A stretch of DNA of 64,000 bases from Gammaproteobacteria bacterium (GCA_965238175.1 CBDEGZ010000003.1:2656001-2720000), one strand, 5' to 3'. Counted from the first letter of the stretch, positions 1-12,622 are shown. The notes: generated by a model from the sequence alone, not told the origin. Program-made: numbers and translations.

Positions 1-1310
1 GAACCGTTAGATTCAGTAATCTCTGATACAACTCGAACCACATAAGGGAATTCTTCAATCGTTGGCATAACACCAATAATGCCACGTTTAGCTAAACGGC
101 CATGGCCAATTTCACGTCGTTTTGGTGTACCTACCCGGCCTGTTTCACCAACACAATAAGGAGGAAAGTTGTAGTGCAACATGAAGTTGTCTTTAAACGA
201 TCCTTCAAGCGCGTCGATTATTTGGGCATCTCTTTGCGTTCCAAGCGAAACTGTCACGATGGCTTGCGTCTCACCACGTGTGAATAGAGCTGAGCCATGT
301 GTTCTTGGTAATACACCAACGCGAACAGCAATATCACGGATATCATCTTTCTGACGTCCATCAATCCGTGTTTCACCGCCGATGATAGAACTACGCACCA
401 CTTCGTGTTCTAAATGCTCTATTGCATTCCCAACTTCGCCTTCACTCCATTGATCGTCTTCTTCACCGATTAATGCTTCTCTAGCCTGGTTACGCACCTC
501 TGAAAGCACACCATAACGATCCATTTTATCTTTGATGTTATAAGCATCTTTGATCTGACTCTGGAAGCCCGAAGCTAATTTGCTTGCGAGATCAGTATCT
601 TCTTCAGGTGCTTCCCAATCCCAGGATTCTGTACCGACTTCTTTTGCTAATTCAGCAATATTGTCGATTACTGTCTGGAACTGCTCATGCCCGAACATGA
701 CTGCACCTAACATCACGTCTTCAGAAAGTTGCTGTGCTTCAGACTCAACCATCAAGACTGATGTTGATGTACCGGCAACAACCAGATCCAATTCTGAATC
801 ATCTAATTCTGAAAAAGATGGGTTGAGTATATATTCGCCCTCTTTATAACCGACACGTGCAGCACCAACTGGACCACTAAAGGGAACACCTGTGATTGCT
901 AGCGCTGCTGATGCACCAATTAAAGCAACAATATCTGGATCAACTTCTGGATCTAATGACATTACTGAGGCAACTATTTGCACTTCATTAACAAAACCTT
1001 TTGGAAATAATGGACGTAATGGTCGATCAATTAAGCGGCAGGTCAGTGTTTCTTTTTCAGTTGGACGACCTTCACGTTTAAAGAATCCTCCTGGTATTTT
1101 GCCCGCTGCATAGGCTTTTTCTTGATAATCAACCGTCAAAGGAAAGAAGTCACGACCATGATCCGCATTCTTTTTGCCGACAACCGAAACAAAGACGACT
1201 GTATCGCCCAGGCTTGCCATGATTGATCCGGTTGCTTGTCTTGCGATCTCCCCGGTTTCCAGAGACATCGTTTTATTACCGTATTGAAATGTTTTTTTAA
1301 TTGCCGCCAT
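1..1310 (-). CDS. pnp: Polyribonucleotide nucleotidyltransferase (PNPase), 3' part runs off the window
   Basis: Minus-strand ATG at 1310 ([11 protein letters not shown]...). Reading frame contains [34 protein letters not shown] and [15 protein letters not shown]. Lies downstream of rpsO as usual. Confidence 0.97.
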   Translation of the reverse strand, partial: MAAIKKTFQYGNKTMSLETGEIARQATGSIMASLGDTVVFVSVVGKKNADHGRDFFPLTVDYQEKAYAAGKIPGGFFKREGRPTEKETLTCRLIDRPLRPLFPKGFVNEVQIVASVMSLDPEVDPDIVALIGASAALAITGVPFSGPVGAARVGYKEGEYILNPSFSELDDSELDLVVAGTSTSVLMVESEAQQLSEDVMLGAVMFGHEQFQTVIDNIAELAKEVGTESWDWEAPEEDTDLASKLASGFQSQIKDAYNIKDKMDRYGVLSEVRNQAREALIGEEDDQWSEGEVGNAIEHLEHEVVRSSIIGGETRIDGRQKDDIRDIAVRVGVLPRTHGSALFTRGETQAIVTVSLGTQRDAQIIDALEGSFKDNFMLHYNFPPYCVGETGRVGTPKRREIGHGRLAKRGIIGVMPTIEEFPYVVRVVSEITESNG

Positions 1311-1352
1311 ATGAGATCACTTTATATTGAATTATTTTGATAAGTCAGAACG

Positions 1353-1380
1353 ACACTACCCGGGCAAACCCGGGTAGTGT
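1353..1380. terminator. Perfect 12-bp hairpin between rpsO and pnp (terminator or processing stem)
   Basis: acactacccggg-caaa-cccgggtagtgt. There is no U-run on the rpsO/pnp strand, so its exact role is uncertain. Confidence 0.6.
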
Positions 1381-1403
1381 ATTTTTATTTGTTTTAGATA
1401 TTT

Positions 1404-1673
1404 TTACTTTCTCAGTCCAAGACTGGTGATCAGTGTCCGGTAGCGTTCAATATCAACACCCCGAAGATAATCTAACAACTTACGCCGTTGATTAACCATC
1501 CTTAGTAAGCCTTGTCGCGAGTGATTGTCTTTTTTATGTTCTTTGAAATGATCAGACAAATCTTTAATTCGTGTGGTTAACAAAGCAACCTGTACTTCAG
1601 GAGAACCAGTGTCGTTATCTGATTGTTGATATTCTTTTACTACTTCGCTTTTGTCAGCGGCTGTCAGTGCCAT
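1404..1673 (-). CDS. rpsO: 30S ribosomal protein S15
   Basis: [13 protein letters not shown]...[25 protein letters not shown]; 89 aa. Confidence 0.99.
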   Translation of the reverse strand: MALTAADKSEVVKEYQQSDNDTGSPEVQVALLTTRIKDLSDHFKEHKKDNHSRQGLLRMVNQRRKLLDYLRGVDIERYRTLITSLGLRK

Positions 1674-1940
1674 TAATGGACTCCATACTTATACATACTT
1701 TTGAGGTGGCGTATTGTAACCGTGAGCTATTGATTGGACAAGGAATTCTTTATATTAAAGTAGAAAAATCAGTTGGTTTTTATTCACAATCAAATCAGTA
1801 GCTCTAAAAGTGTTACATTTTACTCCTTTTAAAGCGGTTGTCGCGATAGAATTTGATCATTTTTACACGATCAAATTGCCTGAACGTTTCTCAAAAAAAA
1901 CGGCCCACTTAAGCCGTTCTTGTCTGATCAAATTATATGT

Positions 1941-2864
1941 CTAAGTTTTGCCTAAGCAGGTGGCAATTAAACGTTTGGGTACGATACGTCCTTCTGTCGT
2001 GATTTCAGCAATGCCGATAAATTGATCAGTACCACGATACACTCTGATTAAGCCGGATTTTTCTGGACAGGGCGTCATCACCGGCTGACCATTGAGAAAA
2101 CATAATGCGGTCTGTTCGGATAAATGACAAACCGGGAGATCGTTTAAACCTGCATCGACAGGAAGCAGTAATTGATCTAATTCTTCAGGTGCATCAGCCA
2201 GCGCTTCGATCGTGTCAACGGTATAGGCATTGTCCAGATCAAAACAACCGACTTTTGTTCTTCGTAAACTTAGAACATGTGCACCACAACCGAGTGCTTC
2301 TCCAATATCTTCGGCCAGGGTTCTAATGTAGGTTCCTTTTGAACAATCCACCTCGATAATGAAGCTGTCTGTTTTTAGATCACTCGCTTCAAGTCGATAT
2401 ATTTTTTGTTGCCTTTCCTTGCGTTTGACCTCTTTGCCCTGTTGAGCCAGTTTATAGAGGCGTTCTCCATCATGCTTTAGTGCAGAATACATCGGTGGGA
2501 TCTGAACGATATTTCCTCGAAACTGTTTAAAAATATCTTCCAATTGGGTTTCTGTAAATGCCGGTACAGGACGAGTTTTGAGGACTTCTCCCTCAGCATC
2601 TAAGGTTGTTGTATTGATACCTAACTTAACGTCTGCAATGTAGGACTTATCTGAATCCAGTAAGTAAGTCGTCATTTTGGTCGCTTCACCAAAACAGATC
2701 GGTAACAGACCTGTTGCAGGTCCATCAAGATTACCAGTGTGGCCAGCTTTTTGAGCTTGAAAAAGTCGTCTTACTTTTTGTAGTACTTGATTACTGCTGA
2801 TCCCGGCGGGTTTGTCCAACAAGAGTATGCCATCGACTTTTTTTCCTTTTCGTCGTCTAGCCAC
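1941..2864 (-). CDS. truB: tRNA pseudouridine(55) synthase
   Basis: GILLLDKPAG, KAGHTGNLD, QIPPMYSALK, CSKGTYIRTL; synteny with rbfA and rpsO. Confidence 0.97.
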   Translation of the reverse strand: MARRRKGKKVDGILLLDKPAGISSNQVLQKVRRLFQAQKAGHTGNLDGPATGLLPICFGEATKMTTYLLDSDKSYIADVKLGINTTTLDAEGEVLKTRPVPAFTETQLEDIFKQFRGNIVQIPPMYSALKHDGERLYKLAQQGKEVKRKERQQKIYRLEASDLKTDSFIIEVDCSKGTYIRTLAEDIGEALGCGAHVLSLRRTKVGCFDLDNAYTVDTIEALADAPEELDQLLLPVDAGLNDLPVCHLSEQTALCFLNGQPVMTPCPEKSGLIRVYRGTDQFIGIAEITTEGRIVPKRLIATCLGKT

Positions 2865-3231
2865 TATTGGATGAGTTTGAATCTTTTAATGCGACTTCAT
2901 CAAGTAATGCTTCCATTTTGTTTCCTCTTTCAATGGAAACATCATAATAAAACTTGAGACGAGGGACACTGCGCATCGTCATAATTTGTGAGAGACAATG
3001 GCGTAAGTGAGGGCTTGCATCATTTAGAACAGCTTCACCTTCTTTTTCAGTTAACTGTGAGCCGAGAAGGGTGAAATAAACTTTTGCTATTGATAAATCC
3101 GGTGCTGACTCGACCGCAGTAAAAGTCACCATGCCTAAACTTGGCTGATCAACTTCGTTTTTGATCAAGGAGGCAAGCTCTCTTTTGATCTGCTCCTCGA
3201 CTCGTCGAGCTCGGCTAAATTCTTTAGGCAT
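2857..3231 (-). CDS. rbfA: Ribosome-binding factor A
   Basis: MPKEFSRARRVEEQI...DLSIAKVYF...RSVPRLKFYYD; synteny. Confidence 0.97.
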   Translation of the reverse strand: MPKEFSRARRVEEQIKRELASLIKNEVDQPSLGMVTFTAVESAPDLSIAKVYFTLLGSQLTEKEGEAVLNDASPHLRHCLSQIMTMRSVPRLKFYYDVSIERGNKMEALLDEVALKDSNSSNSG

Positions 3232-3269
3232 GTAACTATCGGTGTTCTATATGTCAGGTCTAATCAAGT

Positions 3270-5789
3270 TTAAAGTGTTCTGGCGACTTCGGTTCGATCA
3301 AAAACCTCAATTTGATCGCCACTTCTGATGTCGTTGTAATTTTTCACGCCAATACCACATTCTGTACCAGATTTAACTTCATTCACATCATCTTTGAACC
3401 GACGTAAAGATTCCAGCTCGCCCTCATATACCACGACGTTGTCACGTAGAACGCGAATAGGACTACTTCGTTTAATCACACCAGTAGCAACGATACAACC
3501 CGCAATGGCTCCCAGCTGTGATGATCTAAATACATCTTTCACTTCTGCGACACCAATAATTTCTTCCCTGATTTCGGGTGATAACATTCCACTAAGAGCA
3601 GCTTTAACATCATCAATCACATCATAAATAACACTGTAATAACGAAGATCTAATTCCTCATCTTCGATTAATTTTCGTGCTGTACCGTCCGCGCGAACGT
3701 TGAAACCGATAATAACGGCTTGAGAAGCCATTCCAAGCGTGGCATCTGATTCGTTGATACCACCTACTCCACTTGCTACAACATTGACACGAACTTCTTC
3801 AGTGTTTAATTTGATCAACGATTCGCTCAACGCTTCGGCAGAACCATGAACATCCGCCTTGATCAAAACGTTGAGTGTGAAAACCTCACCCTCTTCCATT
3901 TTCGAAAACATCTGATCGAGTTTTGCAGCCTGCTGTCTGGCAAGTTTTACCTCACGAGTTTTATGCTCTCGATGCTCAGCAAGTTCTCTCGCCTGGCGTT
4001 CATCCTTTACAACCATGGCTTCATCACCTGCGACAGATGCACCCGACAAACCGAGAACTTCAACTGGAATCGAAGGTCCCGCATTTTGTAGCTGTGTACC
4101 ATGCTCATCAATCAAAGCACGCACTCGTCCATACTGTTCACCCGCAAGTAAAATGTCACCTTTTTTAAGTGTTCCAGCTTGAACCAGAATTGTCGCGACA
4201 GAACCACGCCCTTTATCAAGCCTGGACTCAATGACGATACCTCTGGCACTGCCTTCTACGGGTGCTTTGAGCTCAAGTAATTCTGCCTGAAGCAATACAG
4301 CATCTAATAATGCTTCGACACCCTCACCAGTATGAGCAGAAACAGGAATAAATTGTGTATCCCCTCCCCAATCTTCGGGGATCACTTCCTGAGCAGAAAG
4401 CTCATTCTTTGCTCTCTCAGGATCCGCGCCTTCCTTATCCATTTTATTCACTGCAACTATAATCGGCACGCCTGCTGCTTTTGAATGCTGAACCGCCTCA
4501 ATTGTTTGTGGCATAACTCCATCATCGGCGGCTACTACGAGGATCACAATATCGGTTGAGTTTGCCCCCCTGGAGCGCATTGCCGTAAATGCTGCATGGC
4601 CAGGTGTATCTAAAAAGGTAATTTCACCATGAGATGTTTTTACATGGTAGGCACCAATATGTTGAGTAATGCCACCCGCTTCACCATCCGCCACTTTTGC
4701 AGAACGAATATAGTCGAGCAGTGATGTCTTACCATGATCAACATGGCCCATTATAGTTACCACAGGGGATCGAGGAACTAATTCACCTTCAGGCTGAGTT
4801 TCGATCTGAATTTCTTCTTCAAGTGCATTTTCACTGATTAGTTTAGGATTATGTCCTAGTTCTTCAACAACCAAAATTGCAGTATCTTGATCCAAGACCT
4901 GATTAATTGTCGCCATCGTACCCAAATTCATCAATACCTTGAGTACTTCTCCGGATTTGATCGACATTTTTTTGGCTAGATCAGCCACTGATATATTTTC
5001 TGGAACTTCAACAGTATGGACAGCTGATTCTGTCGGCATTTCAAAACCATGTTTGGTATCACCTGTAGCGATAGGAGCTCTTCGTCTAGTCGGTTTATTT
5101 CGACGACGACCAGCTTTGTTACCTGCCACATGTAATTCAGAGCGACCACCGTAACGAGGTTTAGGTTTCTTCTCTTCTTTTCCTCGTTTTGCTTTAGCTT
5201 CAGTAGCAGTACGTGCTTTTTCTTCCGCTAACCGCTGCTCTTCAACAGCCTGTTTACTCGCGGCTAATACTTCTTCTTCAGCTTCTTTACTTGCTGTTTC
5301 TTCCGCCTTAGCCTTTGCCTCAGCTTCTTCTTTTGCTTTCACTTTTTCTTCTTGTGCAGCACGAATCGCTTCTTCTTCAGCGCGTTTTTCGGCCTCTATC
5401 AGATCACGTTTTTGCTGTTCTTCATCTGCTCGTTTCTGTTCTTCTTCCTCGATAACGCTGCGTTTGACATAGGTACGTTTTTTTCTGACTTCTATGCTGA
5501 CTGTTCGGCCACCAGTACGTGTACGTGTCGTTGCTCTCGCACCAGGAAGATTTAATTCGCTAACAGATTTACGCTTTAACGTGACTTGCTTAGGTTCGGA
5601 GGATGACTCCTTATCATCATCTTTCCCATGTTTTTGCCGTAAATGCGCAAGCAATTTCGTCTTTTCATCGTCACTTATTGATCCGTCTGCCTGTTTTGCG
5701 GGCACACCGGCTTCTTCCAGTTGGTTTAACAACTTGTCAACTGATATGCCGACAACACCAGCGAAATCTTTAACGCTTACTTCTGCCAT
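3270..5789 (-). CDS. infB: Translation initiation factor IF-2
   Basis: [20 protein letters not shown] and NKMD GTPase motifs; C-terminal [12 protein letters not shown]. Confidence 0.99.
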   Translation of the reverse strand: MAEVSVKDFAGVVGISVDKLLNQLEEAGVPAKQADGSISDDEKTKLLAHLRQKHGKDDDKESSSEPKQVTLKRKSVSELNLPGARATTRTRTGGRTVSIEVRKKRTYVKRSVIEEEEQKRADEEQQKRDLIEAEKRAEEEAIRAAQEEKVKAKEEAEAKAKAEETASKEAEEEVLAASKQAVEEQRLAEEKARTATEAKAKRGKEEKKPKPRYGGRSELHVAGNKAGRRRNKPTRRRAPIATGDTKHGFEMPTESAVHTVEVPENISVADLAKKMSIKSGEVLKVLMNLGTMATINQVLDQDTAILVVEELGHNPKLISENALEEEIQIETQPEGELVPRSPVVTIMGHVDHGKTSLLDYIRSAKVADGEAGGITQHIGAYHVKTSHGEITFLDTPGHAAFTAMRSRGANSTDIVILVVAADDGVMPQTIEAVQHSKAAGVPIIVAVNKMDKEGADPERAKNELSAQEVIPEDWGGDTQFIPVSAHTGEGVEALLDAVLLQAELLELKAPVEGSARGIVIESRLDKGRGSVATILVQAGTLKKGDILLAGEQYGRVRALIDEHGTQLQNAGPSIPVEVLGLSGASVAGDEAMVVKDERQARELAEHREHKTREVKLARQQAAKLDQMFSKMEEGEVFTLNVLIKADVHGSAEALSESLIKLNTEEVRVNVVASGVGGINESDATLGMASQAVIIGFNVRADGTARKLIEDEELDLRYYSVIYDVIDDVKAALSGMLSPEIREEIIGVAEVKDVFRSSQLGAIAGCIVATGVIKRSSPIRVLRDNVVVYEGELESLRRFKDDVNEVKSGTECGIGVKNYNDIRSGDQIEVFDRTEVARTL

Positions 5790-5841
5790 TTTTTTATTCC
5801 AGAATTTTTCAAGAACCTACTGTTTAACCTGCAAAAAGGAT

Positions 5842-7371
5842 CTAGACGTCTTCACCCTCATTTTCAAACCATGGTTTTCGAGCAGTCATAATCAACTCAC
5901 CTGCACGTTTTTCATCAACACCTTCAATATCCAGGAGCTCATCCGTTGCTTGTTCTGCAAGATCTTCCATCGTTACAACTCCTCGACCAGCAAGAATAAA
6001 GGCCAGGCCCTCGTCCATCCCTTCCATCGTTAATAAGTCTTCCGCTGGTTTTGCATCACCGATTTCTTCTTCACTTGCTATTGCTCGGGTCAATAACAAA
6101 TCTTTTGCTCGACCTCTGATCTCTTGAACTAAGGTCTCATCAAACTCTTCGATACCCAACATTTCTTCTTCAGGTACATAGGCTACTTCCTCAATAGTAG
6201 TAAACCCTTCTTGAACAAGAATCATGGCAATTTCTTCGTCAACATCAAGAAATCCGGTAAACATTCCCAGGATCTTCTGCGCCTCGCCCTCACTTTTCTC
6301 AGCGGCCTCGTTCTCTGTCATGACATTAATTTGCCATCCAGTTAACTGGCTTGCCAGACGTACGTTTTGACCGCCCCGTCCAATAGCTTGTGATAATTGA
6401 TCTTCTACAACAGCGACATCCATACTGTGCGAATCTTCATCAACGATGATAGATACCACTTCGGCTGGAGCCATTGCGTTAATGACAAACTGGGCAGGGT
6501 TATCATTCCATAAAATGATATCTACCCGCTCACCGCCTAACTCATTCGAGACTGCCTGTACTCGTGAACCACGCATACCAACACACGCACCGACTGGATC
6601 TGTTCGTGGATCCTCTGATCTAACCGCTATTTTCGCACGTAGACCCGGATCTCGTGATGCTCCCAAAATTTCGATCAAATTCTCACCAATTTCCGGGACT
6701 TCAAGCTTAAACAATTCGATCAATAATTCATTTGCTGTACGACTAACAAAAAGTTGTGGACCTCGCTTTTCAAATCGCACTTCTTTTAAATAACCACGCA
6801 GTCGGTCACCGGATCGTACCGATTCTCTTGAAATAACCTCTTCGCGAGGAATAAAGGCTTCAGCATTGCCACCAAGATCAAGAATAATGTTCCCTCGATC
6901 CATTCTTTTTACTGTGCCCATGATCAATTCGCCGACACGATCCTTATAAGCTTCTACAACCTGTGCTCGTTCAGCTTCCCGAACTTTTTGCACGATAACC
7001 TGTTTTGCAGTCTGTGCAGCAATTCGACCAAATTCTGCAGCCTCAATCGATTCTTCTATATAGTCACCAATCTGTAGCTCAGGTTTTTCCTTAACAATAT
7101 CTTCAAAGAAAACTTCACGCTCAGGCGCAAATTCATCAACTTCACCTTCTACATTGATAACTGGCGCATCACCATCAATCACTTCCCAACGGCGAAAAGC
7201 CTCATACTCGCCAGTGGTCCTATCAATACTCACTCTAACGGCAATGTCTGTCTTGTGAAATTTTCGAGTCGCCGCCGCCAATGCCTCTTCCAACGCTCCG
7301 AAGATAACTTCTCTAGAGACACCTTTTTCATTCGAAACCACATCAACAACTGTCAGAATTTCTTTGCTCAT
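5842..7371 (-). CDS. nusA: Transcription termination/antitermination factor NusA
   Basis: [13 protein letters not shown]; S1 and KH domains ([23 protein letters not shown]); acidic C-terminal repeats. Confidence 0.99.
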   Translation of the reverse strand: MSKEILTVVDVVSNEKGVSREVIFGALEEALAAATRKFHKTDIAVRVSIDRTTGEYEAFRRWEVIDGDAPVINVEGEVDEFAPEREVFFEDIVKEKPELQIGDYIEESIEAAEFGRIAAQTAKQVIVQKVREAERAQVVEAYKDRVGELIMGTVKRMDRGNIILDLGGNAEAFIPREEVISRESVRSGDRLRGYLKEVRFEKRGPQLFVSRTANELLIELFKLEVPEIGENLIEILGASRDPGLRAKIAVRSEDPRTDPVGACVGMRGSRVQAVSNELGGERVDIILWNDNPAQFVINAMAPAEVVSIIVDEDSHSMDVAVVEDQLSQAIGRGGQNVRLASQLTGWQINVMTENEAAEKSEGEAQKILGMFTGFLDVDEEIAMILVQEGFTTIEEVAYVPEEEMLGIEEFDETLVQEIRGRAKDLLLTRAIASEEEIGDAKPAEDLLTMEGMDEGLAFILAGRGVVTMEDLAEQATDELLDIEGVDEKRAGELIMTARKPWFENEGEDV

Positions 7372-7412
7372 ATAATCACTCTTGTCGTCATATTTTCTTT
7401 AAATATATACTT

Positions 7413-7886
7413 TTATAACCCTTTCGCTACTAACCGTCCTTTATCAATCATATTGAACGGAATACTTAGTTCTTCTTCCTGTCCCGTAGAATTTTCTAGC
7501 GCAATAATAACATCTTGTTCATCAGTTCTACGTAACTCGCCTTTTATCCGGCGCCTACCATTTAATATCCTGGCCAGTCTAATTTTAACCATTGAGCCGC
7601 TATATTTTTCATAATGCTCTAATTTAAACAATGGTCTATCCAGACCCGGAGAGGATACTTCTAGAAAATATTGCCCTCTCACTAAATCTTCAACATCAAG
7701 CACACCGCTGATGTGACGACTGACAGTTTCGCAGTCTTTTATAACAATACCATTTTCATGATCAATATAGATCCTTAAAATAGCACCACCAGTGTCCTGA
7801 ACCTGTTCAAACCCCAACATTTCATAGCCTAATCCAGAAATGCTGGAGTCAAGTAATTTATACAATGGCGAACTATCGTTATACAT
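7413..7886 (-). CDS. rimP: Ribosome maturation factor RimP
   Basis: LRIYID, DCETVS, LEVSSPGLDRPLF. Confidence 0.97.
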   Translation of the reverse strand: MYNDSSPLYKLLDSSISGLGYEMLGFEQVQDTGGAILRIYIDHENGIVIKDCETVSRHISGVLDVEDLVRGQYFLEVSSPGLDRPLFKLEHYEKYSGSMVKIRLARILNGRRRIKGELRRTDEQDVIIALENSTGQEEELSIPFNMIDKGRLVAKGL

Positions 7887-7905
7887 CCCTTAAATCCCAC
7901 AAAAT

Positions 7906-7931
7906 AAAAAGCCCCGATAGCGGGGCCTTTA
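7906..7931 (-). terminator. Intrinsic terminator/attenuator after tRNA-fMet
   Basis: Minus strand reads GCCCCG-CTAT-CGGGGC followed by TTTTT. Confidence 0.75.
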
Positions 7932-7935
7932 TTGT

Positions 7936-8012
<77 letters not shown>

Positions 8013-8231
8013 CTTGTATTAGTGCGCGGAATGTTACCTTCAACCGCTAATTTATTCAAGCTGAATGATCTAAAGAGTACTCAAATATATTATGCCTGGC
8101 CAATATCTTGACAATTCTTTAACTAAAGGTTCATGTTAGTAATGTCGATAACGCCTTTAAGGATCTAGAGATATAAGTATTTTTATCTTATCTCAAAATT
8201 ATTTAAGGATCAGTTTCACAATAATACGGAT

Positions 8232-9070
8232 ATGCTCGGAAATTACTCGATCCCAAATCATAAATTGATCAAAAAGATCTGTCATACCGGAATGTCATCA
8301 GTATATTTGGCGCAATCTTTGGTTGATCAAGATCTCGTGATCATAAAAATTCTCGATTTTGATCCGAATGACGAAACAGATTGTAAAGCAGTTAAACGCT
8401 TTGAGCAGGAATACGAACTTTTAAAATATTTAAACCATCCGAATATTGCTGTAATCAAAGACAGGATCGTTAGTAGCCATTACGCCTGCATTATTATGGA
8501 GTATTTCCCCAATGGTGATCTGTCACAAAAGATATCTGAAGGTATCGACACGAATCAAGCCATTAATTATTTCATTCCGATGGTTCAGGGACTAGACATA
8601 ATCCATGAACGAAATATCGTTCATAGAGATATAAAACCAAGAAACATTTTATTTCGTTCAGATAATTCGCTAGCAATTTCAGATTTTGGTATTGCCAGGG
8701 TAATGGAGCAATCGTATGGTTTGACTCTGAAGGGGGTCATTCTCGGCTCCCCTTATTACATGAGCCCGGAACAAATTGACGATGAAAAAACTGATCGACG
8801 CGCTGATTTATACAGTCTTGGTGCCGTTTTTATGAGATGTTAACTGGCAAAAAACCGTTTCGTGGTGGATCTTTGATGAAGATATTTTACGCCCACCTGA
8901 ATGATCCCATACCTACCTTGCCTGCCTTATTACAGGACTATCAGCCGATTATTGATCTGTTACTGGCTAAAAATCCAGATGACCGTTTCGACTGTGCTGC
9001 CGATCTACTATATGCACTCAAAATGATCAAAACCCCTGATAAAGAATCAGCAGATTTAATGCTGGCCTAA
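8232..9070 (+). pseudogene. Hanks-type Ser/Thr protein kinase split by a 1-nt frameshift (pseudogene or sequencing error)
   Basis: HRDIKPRNIL, DFGIAR, GSPYYMSPEQ and ADLYSLG are in ORF 8232-8843; MLTGKKPF...LLAKNPDDRF continues in ORF 8837-9070. One extra T in the T5 run at 8827-8831 restores GAVFYEMLTG. Confidence 0.85.
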
Positions 9071-9184
9071 TCCTATAAAACCCGTTTTCAGACCATTTAA
9101 ATTTTCTTCAGCAATGCTTACCTTATTAGCCATCAATTCCAAACTGAACTATTAGCCCCCTTTTATAGATAATTAATGAATAAA

Positions 9185-10669
9185 TTACGGCATCATTATT
9201 CCCTGCTGTAATGCCTCCCAAGGTATGGGTTGATCAACCATTTCTCCTAACATATCTAGAACCGGCATAGACTCACCATTGACTTCGACCTCGCCAGTAT
9301 CAAGGACAGCATCCAGCTCATAAGTTTCACCCTTGTCTACAGCAAAACCCATCGCCACGGGCATACCAATCGCTTCTTCGGCTGGAGTACCGGCGATCAT
9401 ACCTTTACTTAGACTAATTTTTAATTGACCTTGCAGTGCGATGATCAAATCTCGAACCGTCTTAAGCTCTAGCAAATTTTTAGTATCTGCATAATTCAAA
9501 TCGAAATTAATAGATGACTTGCCGTTCTCGTTACTCACCTCTACTAAATTGTTTGTTTCAACGCCTTGCCTGATTACTTCTGAAAGGACTGAAAAATAAG
9601 CTGCTGCTGATTTCACCATGGCTTCCTGTGATGCTTCCAAATTATCACTTCCCAGCATTTCAAACTGTGTCTTATTTATCTGTTGTCCAACATCAATTAG
9701 CTTAGTGACATCCTCTCGATTAAAACCTTTGATCCCCATGCTCATGTGAACCTTTGATGCAGGGAATTCAATTCCTGAATCCATTGATGGAATCGTTAAC
9801 TGGTCAATATCAAACGTTCCTACGCCAGAAAAACTACCATTTTCACCTTTAGCAATTGAGCTTAATGTCAACCCTTGGAGCTTTAAACCTTCAATTGATC
9901 CGTTAGAGAACGAAACTTCAGGAAGCCTCATGACAATATTCCCATCAATCATTGTGCCCTTATAGATCTCATTGATATCCATTGAGAACGAAGAAGGAAC
10001 CATCGACATTTTGAATGCTTTACCTTGTTCTTCACCCTCCATATCTATTGCACCGACATGCATGGTTCCCGCTAGACGCGTGCCTTCAATATTACCAGTG
10101 AAGTCGCCTTTGATACCTGCCACAGCTATTTTAAAGGGATATTCTTCATCAGAATCTTTACCACTTAACTCAGCTAAACCCTTTGCATCAACCGATATTG
10201 GTGCAACTTCGAGATCAAACTCAGCCAATTCGCCCAAGCCAGTATGGACACCCGATGTAAAGGGTTCTTTTTCAGAAAAAAACCAACTAACCATTTCTCG
10301 AACACCAACAGAAAGGGTTGATTGATCCAAAGTTGTTTGTATATAGCTAGTGCCAAATTTTATTCCTTTCGGCGTCATCATTACTGGACCATGATAAATT
10401 TTATGCTCCAAAACAATCTCAACAGGCTCTTCTTTTTCACCACCAATGTTCAGATCAATTATTGTTACAGATTTTGCCAGGCTCGTAGTAAACCCTTTTT
10501 CATAGGATTTTTTTTGTACTTTAATAAAAGGAAGGCTTTCTGTGTATTGCCGACTGGCTTCTGTCAATATTTCGTCAAAATTTTCTTCCGTTTGATTGGA
10601 GGCAAACCAGGTAATACCCGCCCAAAGCGCCGGCACGATCAAAACAATACTTAACAGTAATTTTTTCAT
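9185..10669 (-). CDS. YdgA/DUF945 family protein
   Basis: N-terminal anchor, then SYEKGFTTS and LEHKIYHGP, as in DUF945 N-termini; 494 aa. Confidence 0.7.
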   Translation of the reverse strand: MKKLLLSIVLIVPALWAGITWFASNQTEENFDEILTEASRQYTESLPFIKVQKKSYEKGFTTSLAKSVTIIDLNIGGEKEEPVEIVLEHKIYHGPVMMTPKGIKFGTSYIQTTLDQSTLSVGVREMVSWFFSEKEPFTSGVHTGLGELAEFDLEVAPISVDAKGLAELSGKDSDEEYPFKIAVAGIKGDFTGNIEGTRLAGTMHVGAIDMEGEEQGKAFKMSMVPSSFSMDINEIYKGTMIDGNIVMRLPEVSFSNGSIEGLKLQGLTLSSIAKGENGSFSGVGTFDIDQLTIPSMDSGIEFPASKVHMSMGIKGFNREDVTKLIDVGQQINKTQFEMLGSDNLEASQEAMVKSAAAYFSVLSEVIRQGVETNNLVEVSNENGKSSINFDLNYADTKNLLELKTVRDLIIALQGQLKISLSKGMIAGTPAEEAIGMPVAMGFAVDKGETYELDAVLDTGEVEVNGESMPVLDMLGEMVDQPIPWEALQQGIMMP

Positions 10670-10843
10670 ACAAATGAGTCCTTGAAAATATATTTAAAAT
10701 TTCGCTCCCTCTGCATAAATATACACAGGATCTTAAGCTCAATAATGTGTCGTCACATAACCCTAAAAACTTAAACTTCCAAAATAAATTGAAATTTCTA
10801 AATAATTTTATCCTCACTTTGATTAAAAACAACCATAATCCAG

Positions 10844-12622
10844 TTAAACACGGTAACTCTTCTCTATCGCCTCTCGATCAATAATACCCTGAATTGGAAC
10901 AGTTATTTGATCATTTAACAGTGCGCTAAGACGAATAACATAAAGTGCTTCAACTTGGGAGACTTCCATAATTTCTCTCGCTTCTTGCAAAGTCGCTCTT
11001 CGATGTACGGAAGCAAGTTGTTGTCTTTGTGAAGGGATCTCCATTAGATCAATCTCTTTTAGTTCATTCTCAAACTGATCTTCTGTCTGCAATTGCTCCG
11101 ATTCCTGCTTCTGCAGTTCTTCCAAAAAGCGTAAAAGATCTGCGGCAGGCATACGCAACTTATTTTCCGCCTTTTCAATTATCAACCAACGTGGTGAGTT
11201 TGTAAGAAGTTCTTGCGCTTTTTCTCGATCAATTACTTGCTCGGTTAGAACAAATTCCTGATCCATTACCGAAGTAATTGATAGACGCCGAAGCGACTGA
11301 GTGATCGGATCAGTCTTATAGTAAAGACCCAATGCCTGCATCTGAGACATAAAAATGGACTCTTTAGAGAATAGTTCTTTTGCTGTTAAATTAGCGCTAA
11401 TGATCACTAACATTCCGGGTAGAATAATATTTGGGTTCGCGGTTAATTCTAATAAGGTTACTAATGCGGCAAGCGGTGCTTGTAAACAAGCACTCATCAT
11501 CGCTGCCATGCCTAACATTGCATAGAACCCGGGATGTGAACCACCTTCCATAGGTATATATCCCGCCATCAATCCCAGCGCGCCGCCTGCCGTTGCTCCC
11601 ATGAATAACGTTGGACCAATCAAACCACCAGGCACACCCAACCCTATGCTAAGAGATGTCGCGATTACCTTAAATAAAACGATGATTAACAACCCACTAA
11701 GCGCTGCCGAACCATGCAGTGCATAGTCCACCGTATCATAGCCGATCCCCATGACCTCAGGTACAGCCATTGCGCAAAACCCACAACCAACCCCAGCAAG
11801 GATCATTCTGAAGAAGATTGGTCGATTCCGATTTTTCTCCGTTATCCATGACAAACTACTAATGAAGCCAGCTGCAAGTGCGCCTAAAACAACTCCCATG
11901 ACCAAAACAACCGGGATTTCATAAAATGAGTACATCTCAAAGGGTGGGACAGAAAAAGCGGGGGCAGAACCATAAACCCATTGCATCAATACCGTCGCAC
12001 TAAATGCGGCTAAAATCACCGGTGTAAAACCGGCAATGGTGTACTCCATCATCACAACTTCCATGGCAAATATGACGCCTGCAAGTGGTGTGTTAAATGA
12101 TGCAGCAATAGCTGCAGCTGTTCCACAAGCCACCAAAGTGCGAATACTATTATTTGGTAAAAGTAGGTAGTGCCCCATAAGACTGGAGCTTGCCGCTCCA
12201 AGATGAGCACTCGGCCCTTCTCGTCCAACAGACTGTCCAGAAACCAAAGCGACTACAACACCGAAGAATTGTAAGATCATATTTCGTATTGGCATATTAC
12301 CTTCAAAGTAGGCCAACCTTTCCAAAATATGCACCACACCAAAACGATAGCTAGGCTTAGAAAAAAAATGAAAAATTATTGCTAACACTAAACCTCCAGT
12401 GGCTGGAAATAAAAAACGCTCAAACGTTGTGAATGCTTCAAAATTTCCTGAGCTATCTCCAGGGAGTAATCCTGACTGGGTATTTTCAACTGTTTTTCGG
12501 AAGAGGATAATAATCCCACCTGAAATCAAGCCGCTTGTTAGTCCCAGTAAGGCAAGCAGTGGCTGGGCATTAAATCCAGCGAGGCGAAGTCGGAGTCGTT
12601 CGAGAAAATCAACCATAGTCAC
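10844..12622 (-). CDS. ClC (EriC) family chloride channel/antiporter with a degenerate CBS-like C-terminus
   Basis: GQSVGREGP, AASFNTPLAGVIFAME and GGLIGPTL motifs; many TM helices. Confidence 0.9.
   Translation of the reverse strand: MTMVDFLERLRLRLAGFNAQPLLALLGLTSGLISGGIIILFRKTVENTQSGLLPGDSSGNFEAFTTFERFLFPATGGLVLAIIFHFFSKPSYRFGVVHILERLAYFEGNMPIRNMILQFFGVVVALVSGQSVGREGPSAHLGAASSSLMGHYLLLPNNSIRTLVACGTAAAIAASFNTPLAGVIFAMEVVMMEYTIAGFTPVILAAFSATVLMQWVYGSAPAFSVPPFEMYSFYEIPVVLVMGVVLGALAAGFISSLSWITEKNRNRPIFFRMILAGVGCGFCAMAVPEVMGIGYDTVDYALHGSAALSGLLIIVLFKVIATSLSIGLGVPGGLIGPTLFMGATAGGALGLMAGYIPMEGGSHPGFYAMLGMAAMMSACLQAPLAALVTLLELTANPNIILPGMLVIISANLTAKELFSKESIFMSQMQALGLYYKTDPITQSLRRLSITSVMDQEFVLTEQVIDREKAQELLTNSPRWLIIEKAENKLRMPAADLLRFLEELQKQESEQLQTEDQFENELKEIDLMEIPSQRQQLASVHRRATLQEAREIMEVSQVEALYVIRLSALLNDQITVPIQGIIDREAIEKSYRV

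Noticed and set aside
1674-1770. S15 autoregulatory leader RNA
   Set aside because: It is expected by position, but I could not establish the pseudoknot from the sequence.
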